Positions 7,178 through 15,451 of a stretch of 31,118 bases of DNA are shown here, piece after piece. Numbering within the stretch: position 1 is the first letter of the stretch; every line of letters begins with the position of its first letter. The DNA is from an uncultured Acidobacteriota bacterium. Lineage in GTDB: Bacteria > Acidobacteriota > UBA6911 > RPQK01 > JAPXNP01. The notes below the pieces were generated by a model. That model saw nothing but the letters and a program-made list of their open reading frames with translations, did not search any database and had not been told where the DNA came from. Location of the stretch: NCBI GenBank assembly GCA_964579015.1, contig CAZOGT010000002.1, positions 1-31,118 of the forward strand, in the 5' to 3' direction. The position numbers were made by a program, and so were the translations under genes.

Positions 7178-9268
7178 ATGGTGTCAGAAATGCGTTCATG
7201 GATTCATAAAACCATTCTTTGTTTGTTCGCCTTGATTCCTGCGGTTCTGGCCTTCCAGGCCTGCGGAAAGCCGGATCATGCCGTGATCAGGGGCGACAGC
7301 CTGGTGATTGAGTTTAACCAGGCCATGCAGAGCAGGCTGAAGTCAGTGGATGCAGAAGCCGAGGGGGTACTGGGGGACTACCAGGACTCTGAACGGCTGC
7401 TTCTCGGGGAGGGCCAGTCGCTGGAATTTGTCCTTTCGAAGGTCAAAACCGGTGCCTTCAGGGATGATCTTGGTTCCGGCACCCGGACCATAATCGAAGG
7501 TGAGGCTGTTTCAGAGAACAGCAGTGCTGCCAAGTCCATATCTGTCAGCATTTATGAAGGATTTCCTGACATGGCTGTATTTGGGGTGACCTACACCAAC
7601 ACCGGAGAGGCTCCCCTTGAGATCCAGGGGTGGGAGAACAACAGGTATCACCTGCAGCCCCTGTCAGGCCCCGAAGCCGATGAGCCTGCCTTCTGGGCCT
7701 ACCTGAGCGCTTCCCACCGGGACCGGCGGGACTGGATTCTGCCCCTGGAGCCGGGGTACAGCGAAGAAAACTACCTGGGAATGAATGCCCCTGACTATGG
7801 CGGGGGCACCCCGGTTATTGATGTCTGGAACCGGGAACGCGGAATCGCAGTCGGGCACCTGGAAATGGAGCCCAAGCTGGTAAGCCTGCCTGTAGAGACT
7901 GATGAAAAGGGACATGTGACCCTGGGGGTTCTTCAGAAGGAGAAGAGCATCATTGAGCCGGGTGCTGAGCTTTCCACTTTACGGACCTTTGTGTCCCTTC
8001 ATCGAGGCGATTTCTTTGCCCCGCTGGAACAGTACCGTAAGTTTATGATCAGGCAGGGGATAACCTTTGACCCTTATCCTGACTCCGCATATGAGCCGAT
8101 CTGGTGCGCCTGGGGCTACGGAAGGGACTTCACCATGAATCAGATCTACGGGGCACTTCCCAAGGCTGAGGAGCTGGGATTCAAGTGGGCGGTACTGGAT
8201 GACGGCTGGCAGACAGCGGAAGGAGACTGGTTCCTCGACCCGGGCAAGTTCCCGAACGGGGTCAAGGACATGAAGCGCTTCACCGATACAATCCGTGAAG
8301 CCGGGCTGAGGCCCAAGCTCTGGTGGGCGCCGATGGCGGTCGATCCCGGCACCGAACTGCTTGAGGAGCATCCGGATTTTGCCCTGATAAACAAGGACGG
8401 GGAATACCAGAAGATCAGCTGGTGGGATGCGTATTACATTTGCCCGGCCTGGGAGCCGGCCCGGGAGCATACGGCAGAGCTGGTGAGGGTTATTATGGAG
8501 GACTACGGGTATGACGGATTGAAGATTGACGGCCAGCATCTGAACGCCGCTCCCCCCTGTTACAATCCTGCTCACAACCATGCCCGTCCCGAGGAATCCG
8601 TGGAGGCGGTTCCCGATTATTTTAAGCTGATCTATGACACTGCCCTGGAGATAGTCCCCGACGCTGTGGTGGAGATCTGTCCCTGCGGGACATCCTACAC
8701 ATTCTTCACCATGCCCTACATGAACCAGCCGGTCTCCTCGGACCCGCTCAGCTCCTGGCAGATCCGGCTGAAAGGGAAGACCATGAAGGCCTTGATGGGC
8801 AGGGATGTGCCCTATTATGGAGACCACGTTGAATTAAGCGATGATGGAAGCGATTTTGCATCGACCATCGGCATCGGCGGGGTGCCTGGAACCAAGTTCA
8901 CCTGGCCGGTGGGCAGCCATAGCCGGCCGAGAAACGATTTGACGCCCGAGCGGGAGCAATCAATGAAGCAATGGCTGGAGGTTTACCAGGAGCATATGCT
9001 ACCCAAGGGGAACTACCGCGGGGAACTCTACGACATTGGATATGACCGGCCGGAAGCCCACGCCGTGCAGAAGGATGGGGCTATGTATTATGCCTTCTAT
9101 GCCGAGTCCTTCAGCGGAGAACTGGAGCTTAGAGGACTCGAGGAGGGGAAGGCCTACGAAGTACGCGATTATGTGAATGATGCAGCCCTGGGCAAAGTGA
9201 CCGGCCCGCGGGGCAAACTGCAAGTGGAATTCGAAGACAGCCTGCTGATCGAGGCGGTGGCGGAATAA
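7178..9268 (+). CDS. Alpha-galactosidase, glycoside hydrolase family 36; probable lipoprotein
   Basis: AGGAGG SD. Signal ending FQAC. GH36 motifs CAWG, VLDDGW..GDW, LWWAP, LKIDG (nucleophile), VEICPCG and SSDP. Confidence 0.85.
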   Translation: MVSEMRSWIHKTILCLFALIPAVLAFQACGKPDHAVIRGDSLVIEFNQAMQSRLKSVDAEAEGVLGDYQDSERLLLGEGQSLEFVLSKVKTGAFRDDLGSGTRTIIEGEAVSENSSAAKSISVSIYEGFPDMAVFGVTYTNTGEAPLEIQGWENNRYHLQPLSGPEADEPAFWAYLSASHRDRRDWILPLEPGYSEENYLGMNAPDYGGGTPVIDVWNRERGIAVGHLEMEPKLVSLPVETDEKGHVTLGVLQKEKSIIEPGAELSTLRTFVSLHRGDFFAPLEQYRKFMIRQGITFDPYPDSAYEPIWCAWGYGRDFTMNQIYGALPKAEELGFKWAVLDDGWQTAEGDWFLDPGKFPNGVKDMKRFTDTIREAGLRPKLWWAPMAVDPGTELLEEHPDFALINKDGEYQKISWWDAYYICPAWEPAREHTAELVRVIMEDYGYDGLKIDGQHLNAAPPCYNPAHNHARPEESVEAVPDYFKLIYDTALEIVPDAVVEICPCGTSYTFFTMPYMNQPVSSDPLSSWQIRLKGKTMKALMGRDVPYYGDHVELSDDGSDFASTIGIGGVPGTKFTWPVGSHSRPRNDLTPEREQSMKQWLEVYQEHMLPKGNYRGELYDIGYDRPEAHAVQKDGAMYYAFYAESFSGELELRGLEEGKAYEVRDYVNDAALGKVTGPRGKLQVEFEDSLLIEAVAE

Positions 9269-9332
9269 AATATTAGATTGCAGGTGAATATTGTCCAGTA
9301 AATGACTAAGGGCCACGGGCCCGATAATCCCG

Positions 9333-9372
9333 GGCCATGCAGTCCATGCAGTCCACCAGGTCCATCACGCCC
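9333..9372. repeat. 9-bp-period GTCCA microrepeat tract between convergent genes
   Basis: ggccatgca gtccatgca gtccaccag gtccatcac gccc; units start at 9333, 9342, 9351, 9360 and 9369. Confidence 0.7.
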
Positions 9373-9418
9373 GTGTGGAACTGGTGCAGGATGATCCAGG
9401 CCCCATCCCTGAAAGGTT

Positions 9419-10600
9419 TCAGGCCGGAACAATCTTGTAGGCCCGGTCCCTGCGCCGCAGCTTGACCGGGCTGGCAAAAGTCACGATATTTCCCTGGTGG
9501 CGCTCGATTTGGTCGATGGTGATCCGGACGCTTCCTGTCAGGTTCCCCTGCACGTAGATTTCATCACCCTCGTGGAGTTCTCCGGAATAGAGCTCCATTT
9601 CCGCCACCTGGTTTTTCCGGTAAAAGTTGGTAATCCGCCCCAAGGTTTCCTTGCGCTCGGCGGCCTGGCTGTCTCCGCTGCGGGTCCACCCTTCAGAACC
9701 GGGCCTTCCAAAAAGGAAGCCATCGGAGAATTTTCGGTTATAGACTTTTTTCAAGTCCTCCATGAGTCCAGCACAGAGATCCGGAGAGTAGGTCCCCTCT
9801 TTCAGGGCGTCGAGGGCCGTGCGGTAGGCCCGGGTCACGGTCGCAACATATTCGGGACTGCGGCTGCGCCCTTCGATTTTGAGGTAGTCGATCCCGGTTG
9901 CGGCAATCCGATCAAGGAGATGGATCGTACAGAGGTCCCTGGGGCTGAGCAGGTGCCCTTCATTGACCAGCAGTTCCTTGTCATCTTCCTCGATATCGAT
10001 GATCCGGTAAGAACGGCGGCAGGGCTGGTCGCACTCACCCCTGTTGGCTGAACGGCAGCTCAGGAACTGGCTCAGATAACAGCGGCCTGAAACAGACACA
10101 CACATGGCCCCGTGACCAAATACCTCCACCTTGATCCCGGTGTCGGCCCTGATTTCAGCGATCTGTTCCAGGGTCAGCTCCCGGGCCAGGACAACGCAAT
10201 CAGCTCCCAGTTCCTTGTAGAAGTTCACAGCCTTTGAGTTGGAGATATTCGCCTGGGTAGACACATGGAAGGGAATGCCCTTTTCCCTGCAGAGCTGCAT
10301 TATTGCCAGGTCCTGGCAGATGACTGCGTCAACCTTGGCGTCCCTGCATGCGTCCAGCAGGCCTGAGACCCGGCCCATCTCCTGATCATAAACGATAACG
10401 TTCAGGGCCACAAAAACTTCAATGCCCTTCAACCTGGCCTGCCGTGTGATTTTTTTCAGGTTCTCCGGTTCGATTCCGGCGCTTGATGCCCTCATGTTGA
10501 GCTCTCCGATACCCAGGTAAACGGCATCCGCCCCGTTACGGAGAGCAGCGGCAAAGGAGGCTTCATTTCGCACCGGTGAGAGCAAAGCCGGAATCTTCAT
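9419..10600 (-). CDS. U32-family protein (TrhP/RlhA/PrtC-like, probable Fe-S RNA hydroxylase)
   Basis: GADAVYLG, HVSTQANISN, LARELTLEQI, HGAMCVSVSGRCYLS, ANRGECDQPCR, LSPRDL and LKIEGRSR motifs. Confidence 0.92.
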   Translation of the reverse strand: MKIPALLSPVRNEASFAAALRNGADAVYLGIGELNMRASSAGIEPENLKKITRQARLKGIEVFVALNVIVYDQEMGRVSGLLDACRDAKVDAVICQDLAIMQLCREKGIPFHVSTQANISNSKAVNFYKELGADCVVLARELTLEQIAEIRADTGIKVEVFGHGAMCVSVSGRCYLSQFLSCRSANRGECDQPCRRSYRIIDIEEDDKELLVNEGHLLSPRDLCTIHLLDRIAATGIDYLKIEGRSRSPEYVATVTRAYRTALDALKEGTYSPDLCAGLMEDLKKVYNRKFSDGFLFGRPGSEGWTRSGDSQAAERKETLGRITNFYRKNQVAEMELYSGELHEGDEIYVQGNLTGSVRITIDQIERHQGNIVTFASPVKLRRRDRAYKIVPA

Positions 10601-10670
10601 GGGAATAATGATAGCAGCAGCGGCGGACCTTCAGCCCGCTGACCCTCTTTTCTGGAGTAGGAAGCTCCAG

Positions 10671-12554
10671 CTAATTCACCGCCCCCCACTTTTCCAGCAA
10701 TATGCCTGAGGCCCGGGTGTCGTAATCCCGGTTCTCCGGGTCCTTGCGCCGGTAGACCTCCTGGACGGCGTCTTTCAGGCGAATGCCTTCATCCATGTAA
10801 TCGAGGGCATTCAGGGCGTAGACCACCTCCATGGTGTTCCCCTCCTCCAGGACGCCCCTGATGATTTCCAGGGCCTTCTCCTTTTTCCCGGAGTAGTAAA
10901 GGATCTCGGCAGCTACGGAACGGGTATCCAGGCACTCGTCCTGCGCCAGCTTTTCTATTTCCGGCATGATGGAGACTGCATCTTCACCAAGCCGCAGGAT
11001 TCCGGCAGCCCCCCAGTAGCGGACTGCACTGTCCGGGTGCCTGAGAAGCCCGGAAAGCTTCCCCAGGTCAGATGGCCCGGCTGAAACAGCCATCCTCGCC
11101 GCCGAAGCTGCGTTCTCCTGGCTGTATTCGTCGCTTCGCAGGAAGTCATAGACGGTGGTTTCCGCGGCTTTTCGAAGCAGCTGGCCTTCCGAAATGAATC
11201 CGGAATCAATGGTTTCGAGCATCTTTGTATCCAGCGCCTTTCTCATCCTTTCCAGGACCTCGTTATATTCAGGGTTCCCGGCCAGGTTGCTGACTTCCCA
11301 GGGGTCACTCACTGCGTCATAAAGTTCTTCAACCGGCCTCGGTTCGAAGAAGCGGGACTGAACCTCGTTGCATTCACCAGCCTGATAAGCTTCTTCCCAG
11401 GAAGCCATTGAAGGGGCTCTCCAGAGGTATTCCAGTTTCTGCAGGGCCGGTCGCCATGGCATATAGTTGCGGATGTATCGGAACCGGTCATCCCGGACCG
11501 CTCTCGACATGTCAATGCGCTCGTCCATTCGGCCCCGGTAGAGGAAGGCATATTCGGGGCCTTCGGTCATTTGCTCACCGAGAAAAGCTTTCCCCTGCAT
11601 GTAGGAAGGGACCTCAATTCCGGCCAGGCTGAGCAGGGTCGGGGCCAGGTCCACGAAGCTGACGATTCGTTCCTCCGTGGAGCCGGCGGGGGCCGGTGCA
11701 AGGTGCCGGTATTTTTCCGGGAAATGTATGATCAGGGGGACCCGGGTCCCGGTCTCGTAGATATACCTTTTGCTTCTTCCCACCACGCCGCCGTGATCGG
11801 AGTAATAGAAAACAATGGTATTTTCAGCCAGGCCGTCTTTTTCCAGCTGTTCCAGGAATTCGCCGATCTGACGGTCCAGTTCCGAGACCTTGTCATAGTA
11901 CTGGGCCCAGTCATGCCTCATTTCCGGGGTGTCGGGGTGGTAGGGGGGCAGCTTTACTTCAGCCGGATCGTGATTTAATTCCTCCACCGGAACCCACTGG
12001 TGCAGGGAGCTTTCATGGGACACCCCGAAATTCTGGACATGGAAAAAAGGTGCTCCTCCGGGGCGGTTCCGGTAGGATGCCTCCTGGCTCGACTCATGCC
12101 ACCCCTTGAATTCCCTGACCGTGTTGTAGTCTTCCTTGGCGCAGTTGGTGCAGTAATAGCCTGCATCCCTGAGGTATTCCGGAAGGAACCTGATCTTCTC
12201 GGGAATGGGGTTGGTACTCCTCATGGGCAGGGTTCCGAGTGAGGATGCATAGCAGCCGGTAATGATTGTGGAACGGGCCGGCGCGCATACCGGGGCATTG
12301 GCAAAGGCCCGGGTGTACCTGACTCCTTGAGACGCCATCCGGTCCAGGTTGGGTGTAACGGCAAAATCGTCTCCGTAACACCCGAGGATCGGGCTGTTGT
12401 CCTCGCTGACCAGCCAGACGATATTGGGAGGCCCGGCATCACCTGTGCCGCATCCTGAGAAAACGGGGAGACTTATTAAAGCGATCAGAGCCAGGGCCCT
12501 GATTGCCAGCCGGGGAAAAAACAAGGTATCCATGGTGACGGGATTGGTGATCAT
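10671..12554 (-). CDS. Cys-type sulfatase with C-terminal HEAT-like repeats; probable lipoprotein
   Basis: PNIVWLVSED, TPNLDRMA, CAPARSTIITG (CxPxR formylglycine motif), YYSDHG and GTRVPLI. Lipobox FSGC. C-terminal VRYWGA / RSVAAE helical repeats. The start may be the ATG at 12533. Confidence 0.92.
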   Translation of the reverse strand: MITNPVTMDTLFFPRLAIRALALIALISLPVFSGCGTGDAGPPNIVWLVSEDNSPILGCYGDDFAVTPNLDRMASQGVRYTRAFANAPVCAPARSTIITGCYASSLGTLPMRSTNPIPEKIRFLPEYLRDAGYYCTNCAKEDYNTVREFKGWHESSQEASYRNRPGGAPFFHVQNFGVSHESSLHQWVPVEELNHDPAEVKLPPYHPDTPEMRHDWAQYYDKVSELDRQIGEFLEQLEKDGLAENTIVFYYSDHGGVVGRSKRYIYETGTRVPLIIHFPEKYRHLAPAPAGSTEERIVSFVDLAPTLLSLAGIEVPSYMQGKAFLGEQMTEGPEYAFLYRGRMDERIDMSRAVRDDRFRYIRNYMPWRPALQKLEYLWRAPSMASWEEAYQAGECNEVQSRFFEPRPVEELYDAVSDPWEVSNLAGNPEYNEVLERMRKALDTKMLETIDSGFISEGQLLRKAAETTVYDFLRSDEYSQENAASAARMAVSAGPSDLGKLSGLLRHPDSAVRYWGAAGILRLGEDAVSIMPEIEKLAQDECLDTRSVAAEILYYSGKKEKALEIIRGVLEEGNTMEVVYALNALDYMDEGIRLKDAVQEVYRRKDPENRDYDTRASGILLEKWGAVN

Positions 12555-12572
12555 GAGACAGATATTGACACA

Positions 12573-12599
12573 GAAAAAAGAGGTTTTCCAGACCTTTCC
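12573..12599 (-). terminator. Weak intrinsic terminator after the PAP phosphatase
   Basis: Minus strand GGAAAGGT-CTGGAAA-ACCTC-TTTTTT: a short imperfect stem followed by a U-tract. Confidence 0.35.
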
Positions 12600-12614
12600 G
12601 GTCCCGTTCCCGGT

Positions 12615-13625
12615 CTACGCGGCGCTGAGCGCGGAAATCACCCGGGCGTGAAGGTGTCCGTTGGTGGCCGCCACTCCCCGGTTTTTTTCCAGAAGCCTGC
12701 CGCAGCTGAAATCCAGGGGATTTCCGGAGATGTCGGTAACCATTCCTCCTGCTTCCTCGACCAGGAGTTTGCCGGCGGCGTGGTCCCAGATTTTTTCTAC
12801 ATAGCCGGGAGAAGAGGAAGAAGGTATGCGCAGGTAAATATCTCCCCTCCCCAGTGCCAGGAGTGCATATTTGACCTGGCTGTCGATCCGCAGCGGCTCT
12901 GGGGTGATCCCGAGGCGATCGGCAACCCGGTCGATATCTGTGACGTTGGTATGCCCGGACTCAAAGGACCTGAGGACCACCGCTTTGGAGGGGTCGCTGT
13001 TACCTGAAACCCTGAGGCGGGTCCATTCCGAATCACCCTCGTTCAGCCAGTAAGCGCCTTCCCCTTTTACAGCCAGATACAGGGTGCCCATTTCAGTTGT
13101 CCCGGCTTCAGCAGGTCCGGCAGGCGTAAGCCTGGGGCAGGCTAGTGCTCCCAGTCTCACCTTTCCCTTGCGCAGGTAGGCCAAGGCCACCGCGTACTGG
13201 TCGCCCCGCAAGAAACCCTTGGTTCCGTCAACAGGGTCCAGGACCCAGCAGTTTTCCTTGGCCCGCCCGGTCCCGTAGTCAAGTAAAGCTCGAAAACTCT
13301 CTTTTCGGAATCCGGGGACAGCATTGGAAACGAATTCAGCAGCGGCTGCCACCAGGTTCCTTCCCGCTTCACCGCAGAGCATTGAGGAAGATTCCTCGGC
13401 AATCAGGGCGGCCCCGGGAATTCTCTCGCTCAGGTGGTATCCCAGGAGGGCCTGGACTGCGATATCAGCCACCGTAACCGGGGACCTGTCACTTTTTTCC
13501 AGGGCTGGATTTACCATTTCATCCTGGATTTTTCTGGCCATGGTCGCGGCCTCACTCAAAAAATTCAGGGCAAATGCTGCTTCAGGAGCCATCTTGTCGA
13601 AACAATTCATAAAACCATTATACAT
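12615..13625 (-). CDS. 3'(2'),5'-bisphosphate nucleotidase (PAP phosphatase), HAL2/SAL1-type, inositol monophosphatase superfamily
   Basis: KSDRSPVTVAD, AEES, WVLDPVDGTKGFLRGDQYAVALA, RIDSQVKY and EKIWDHAAG. The start is uncertain (13625, 13610 or 13592). Confidence 0.9.
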   Translation of the reverse strand: MYNGFMNCFDKMAPEAAFALNFLSEAATMARKIQDEMVNPALEKSDRSPVTVADIAVQALLGYHLSERIPGAALIAEESSSMLCGEAGRNLVAAAAEFVSNAVPGFRKESFRALLDYGTGRAKENCWVLDPVDGTKGFLRGDQYAVALAYLRKGKVRLGALACPRLTPAGPAEAGTTEMGTLYLAVKGEGAYWLNEGDSEWTRLRVSGNSDPSKAVVLRSFESGHTNVTDIDRVADRLGITPEPLRIDSQVKYALLALGRGDIYLRIPSSSSPGYVEKIWDHAAGKLLVEEAGGMVTDISGNPLDFSCGRLLEKNRGVAATNGHLHARVISALSAA

Positions 13626-13647
13626 CTTCTTTTCAGGTCCTCTGCCC

Positions 13648-13738
13648 CGGGACCTGGTGACTGTCCCCTGTAGCGGGACCTGGTGACTGTCCCCTGTAGC
13701 GGGACCTGGTGACTGTCCCCTGTAGTGGTCCCCTGTAG
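13648..13738. repeat. Intergenic tandem array: 3 x 26-bp unit CGGGACCTGGTGACTGTCCCCTGTAG plus one deleted copy
   Basis: Units at 13648-13673, 13674-13699 and 13700-13725. TGGTCCCCTGTAG at 13726-13738 is the core missing GACTGT. Same 19-bp core as 1326-1416. Confidence 0.95.
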
Positions 13739-13745
13739 TGTAGAG

Positions 13746-15170
13746 CTAATTCCCTGGCAGGTGTCCGGCAGGCGGCAGCATGTCCTCGACCGGTCCATGG
13801 ACCACCCGGAGTTTCTTCCATTTGCCGGTACGGTACCTGAGGAAAAAGACCAAACTGAAGGTCATGAACACCAGGATCACGCATCCCCAGGCTGTTATCA
13901 CTGAATATCCAAGTACATTCATGACCACCAGGGGAATGGGCAGCAGCATCCAGTGAAGGATGACCGAGGCTCCCATGGTCCAATAGGTATCTCCGGCTCC
14001 CCTCAGGACGCCGATAAAAATGACGATAACGGCCTCAATCATCACGTAGAGGGATGCCATCCTGAGCATGGTGATGGCCAGTGGCTCTGCCTGCGCAAAA
14101 AGCGGGGTATCCTTGACGGGGCTGAATACGTTGACCAGCACTTCGGGCATGAACACAAAGAATACCAGGACTACTGAAGAGTAGATCCACCCGACCTTCA
14201 ATCCGGACATCGCTGACCTTTGGACGATATCAGGCCTTCCTGCTCCCATGTAGCGGCCGGAGATGCTGATCATCCCGATTTCAAGGCCTATCAGGGGAAC
14301 ATAGGAGACCATGTCCCAGTTGAAAACAATGGTGATAGCCGAGGCCACCACCAGCCCATGGGAGTAGAAGGCCATGATCAGCCCGGTAAAGGCGATGAAA
14401 TTGAGAAACATTTCCACTCCCATGGGGCTTCCGAAGCGCAGCAGCTTTCCCATGGTTTCGGACTCAAAACTGCAGCAGCCAAAAACACCGAATTCACGAC
14501 GGTTCGCCCTGGAAAAATAAGCGGCAGACAGGATCACAAGTCCGCAGAGGCTTCCGAGGATCGTCCCGTAGCCGGCACCCCGGATGCCGTAGGCTGGAAA
14601 CCCGAGTTTCCCGAAGATCAATACGTAATTGCTGATAACGTTGACTGCCATGGCCGCCAAAGCCGAAATCATGATTACCCGGGTCCTGCCTATACCGGAG
14701 AAGAAGCAGCTGAGAACATGGCGGAAAAGACCTATCAGGCCCGCATAGATGACCAGGTTGAAATAGATCTTCTGCAGGGCCAGTTGTTCCGGGTCAATGC
14801 CGAAGAAATCCATCAGGTAGCTGGCCAGGGGAAGCAGCAGTATTACCAGGGCGCCGGAGACCAGAGCGATGCCGAAAGCCTGCACTACTACCACGCTGCA
14901 GCGGCTCTTCCTTCCTGCCCCCAGGTACTGGGCTACCAGGGCCGTGGAAAAGCCGATCAGGCCCATGAAAAATGAAGTCAGCGTGAAACTGGCCAGCCAT
15001 CCTCCCATGGAGGCGCTCATATGTTCCGGACCGAGCCGCGAGAGAAAGAGGCGGTCAGTAAAGGTCATGAAAGTTTCACAGGCGCTGGAAACCACCATGG
15101 GAAAGGCAATGTAAAGAAGCTCGCCGACACTTCCCGGCCCACCCTTCAATCTGCTGAAACCTTTGAACAT
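13746..15170 (-). CDS. MATE family efflux transporter (NorM/DinF-like)
   Basis: IAFPMVVS..TDRLFLSRLG, AQYLGAG, GIRGAGYGT, GVLRGAGDT; about 12 TM segments. GGAAGG SD supports ATG 15170, although the frame stays open to 15365. Confidence 0.92.
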   Translation of the reverse strand: MFKGFSRLKGGPGSVGELLYIAFPMVVSSACETFMTFTDRLFLSRLGPEHMSASMGGWLASFTLTSFFMGLIGFSTALVAQYLGAGRKSRCSVVVVQAFGIALVSGALVILLLPLASYLMDFFGIDPEQLALQKIYFNLVIYAGLIGLFRHVLSCFFSGIGRTRVIMISALAAMAVNVISNYVLIFGKLGFPAYGIRGAGYGTILGSLCGLVILSAAYFSRANRREFGVFGCCSFESETMGKLLRFGSPMGVEMFLNFIAFTGLIMAFYSHGLVVASAITIVFNWDMVSYVPLIGLEIGMISISGRYMGAGRPDIVQRSAMSGLKVGWIYSSVVLVFFVFMPEVLVNVFSPVKDTPLFAQAEPLAITMLRMASLYVMIEAVIVIFIGVLRGAGDTYWTMGASVILHWMLLPIPLVVMNVLGYSVITAWGCVILVFMTFSLVFFLRYRTGKWKKLRVVHGPVEDMLPPAGHLPGN

Positions 15171-15451
15171 AGGTCCTTCCACGAACAATAATGGATCTAT
15201 TCCTGGCTCAATTTCCTGTTTTCTCAGGATGATGACTTTTACGGCTCCTGCTTCGTCTCCTCCGCAAGTGTCCCCGCAAGAAAAGCAAAAGTGGAAAACC
15301 AGGCCATTCCGGCTTACCCGGTGGCGGTTTGGATTTGATTTACAGCAAAACTGCCGGATCATCACCTGAACGGATCAGGCAATCTACAATATATCAGATA
15401 AACCTGGAAACTTCCCGTTGTGGATGTATTGCAGGCGGCAGCCGGAATCCC

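Noticed and set aside
7979-8827. Long antisense or overlapping ORFs (e.g. 7979-8827, 14220-14975, 15506-16363, 17369-18049, 24265-24951)
   Set aside because: They lie opposite well-supported genes and have no recognisable motifs, as expected for shadow ORFs in GC-rich DNA.
10615-10670. Hairpins CAGCGG/CCGCTG and CTGGAG/CTCCAG as a terminator after the sulfatase
   Set aside because: The stems are only 6 bp and there is no U-tract on the transcribed (minus) strand.
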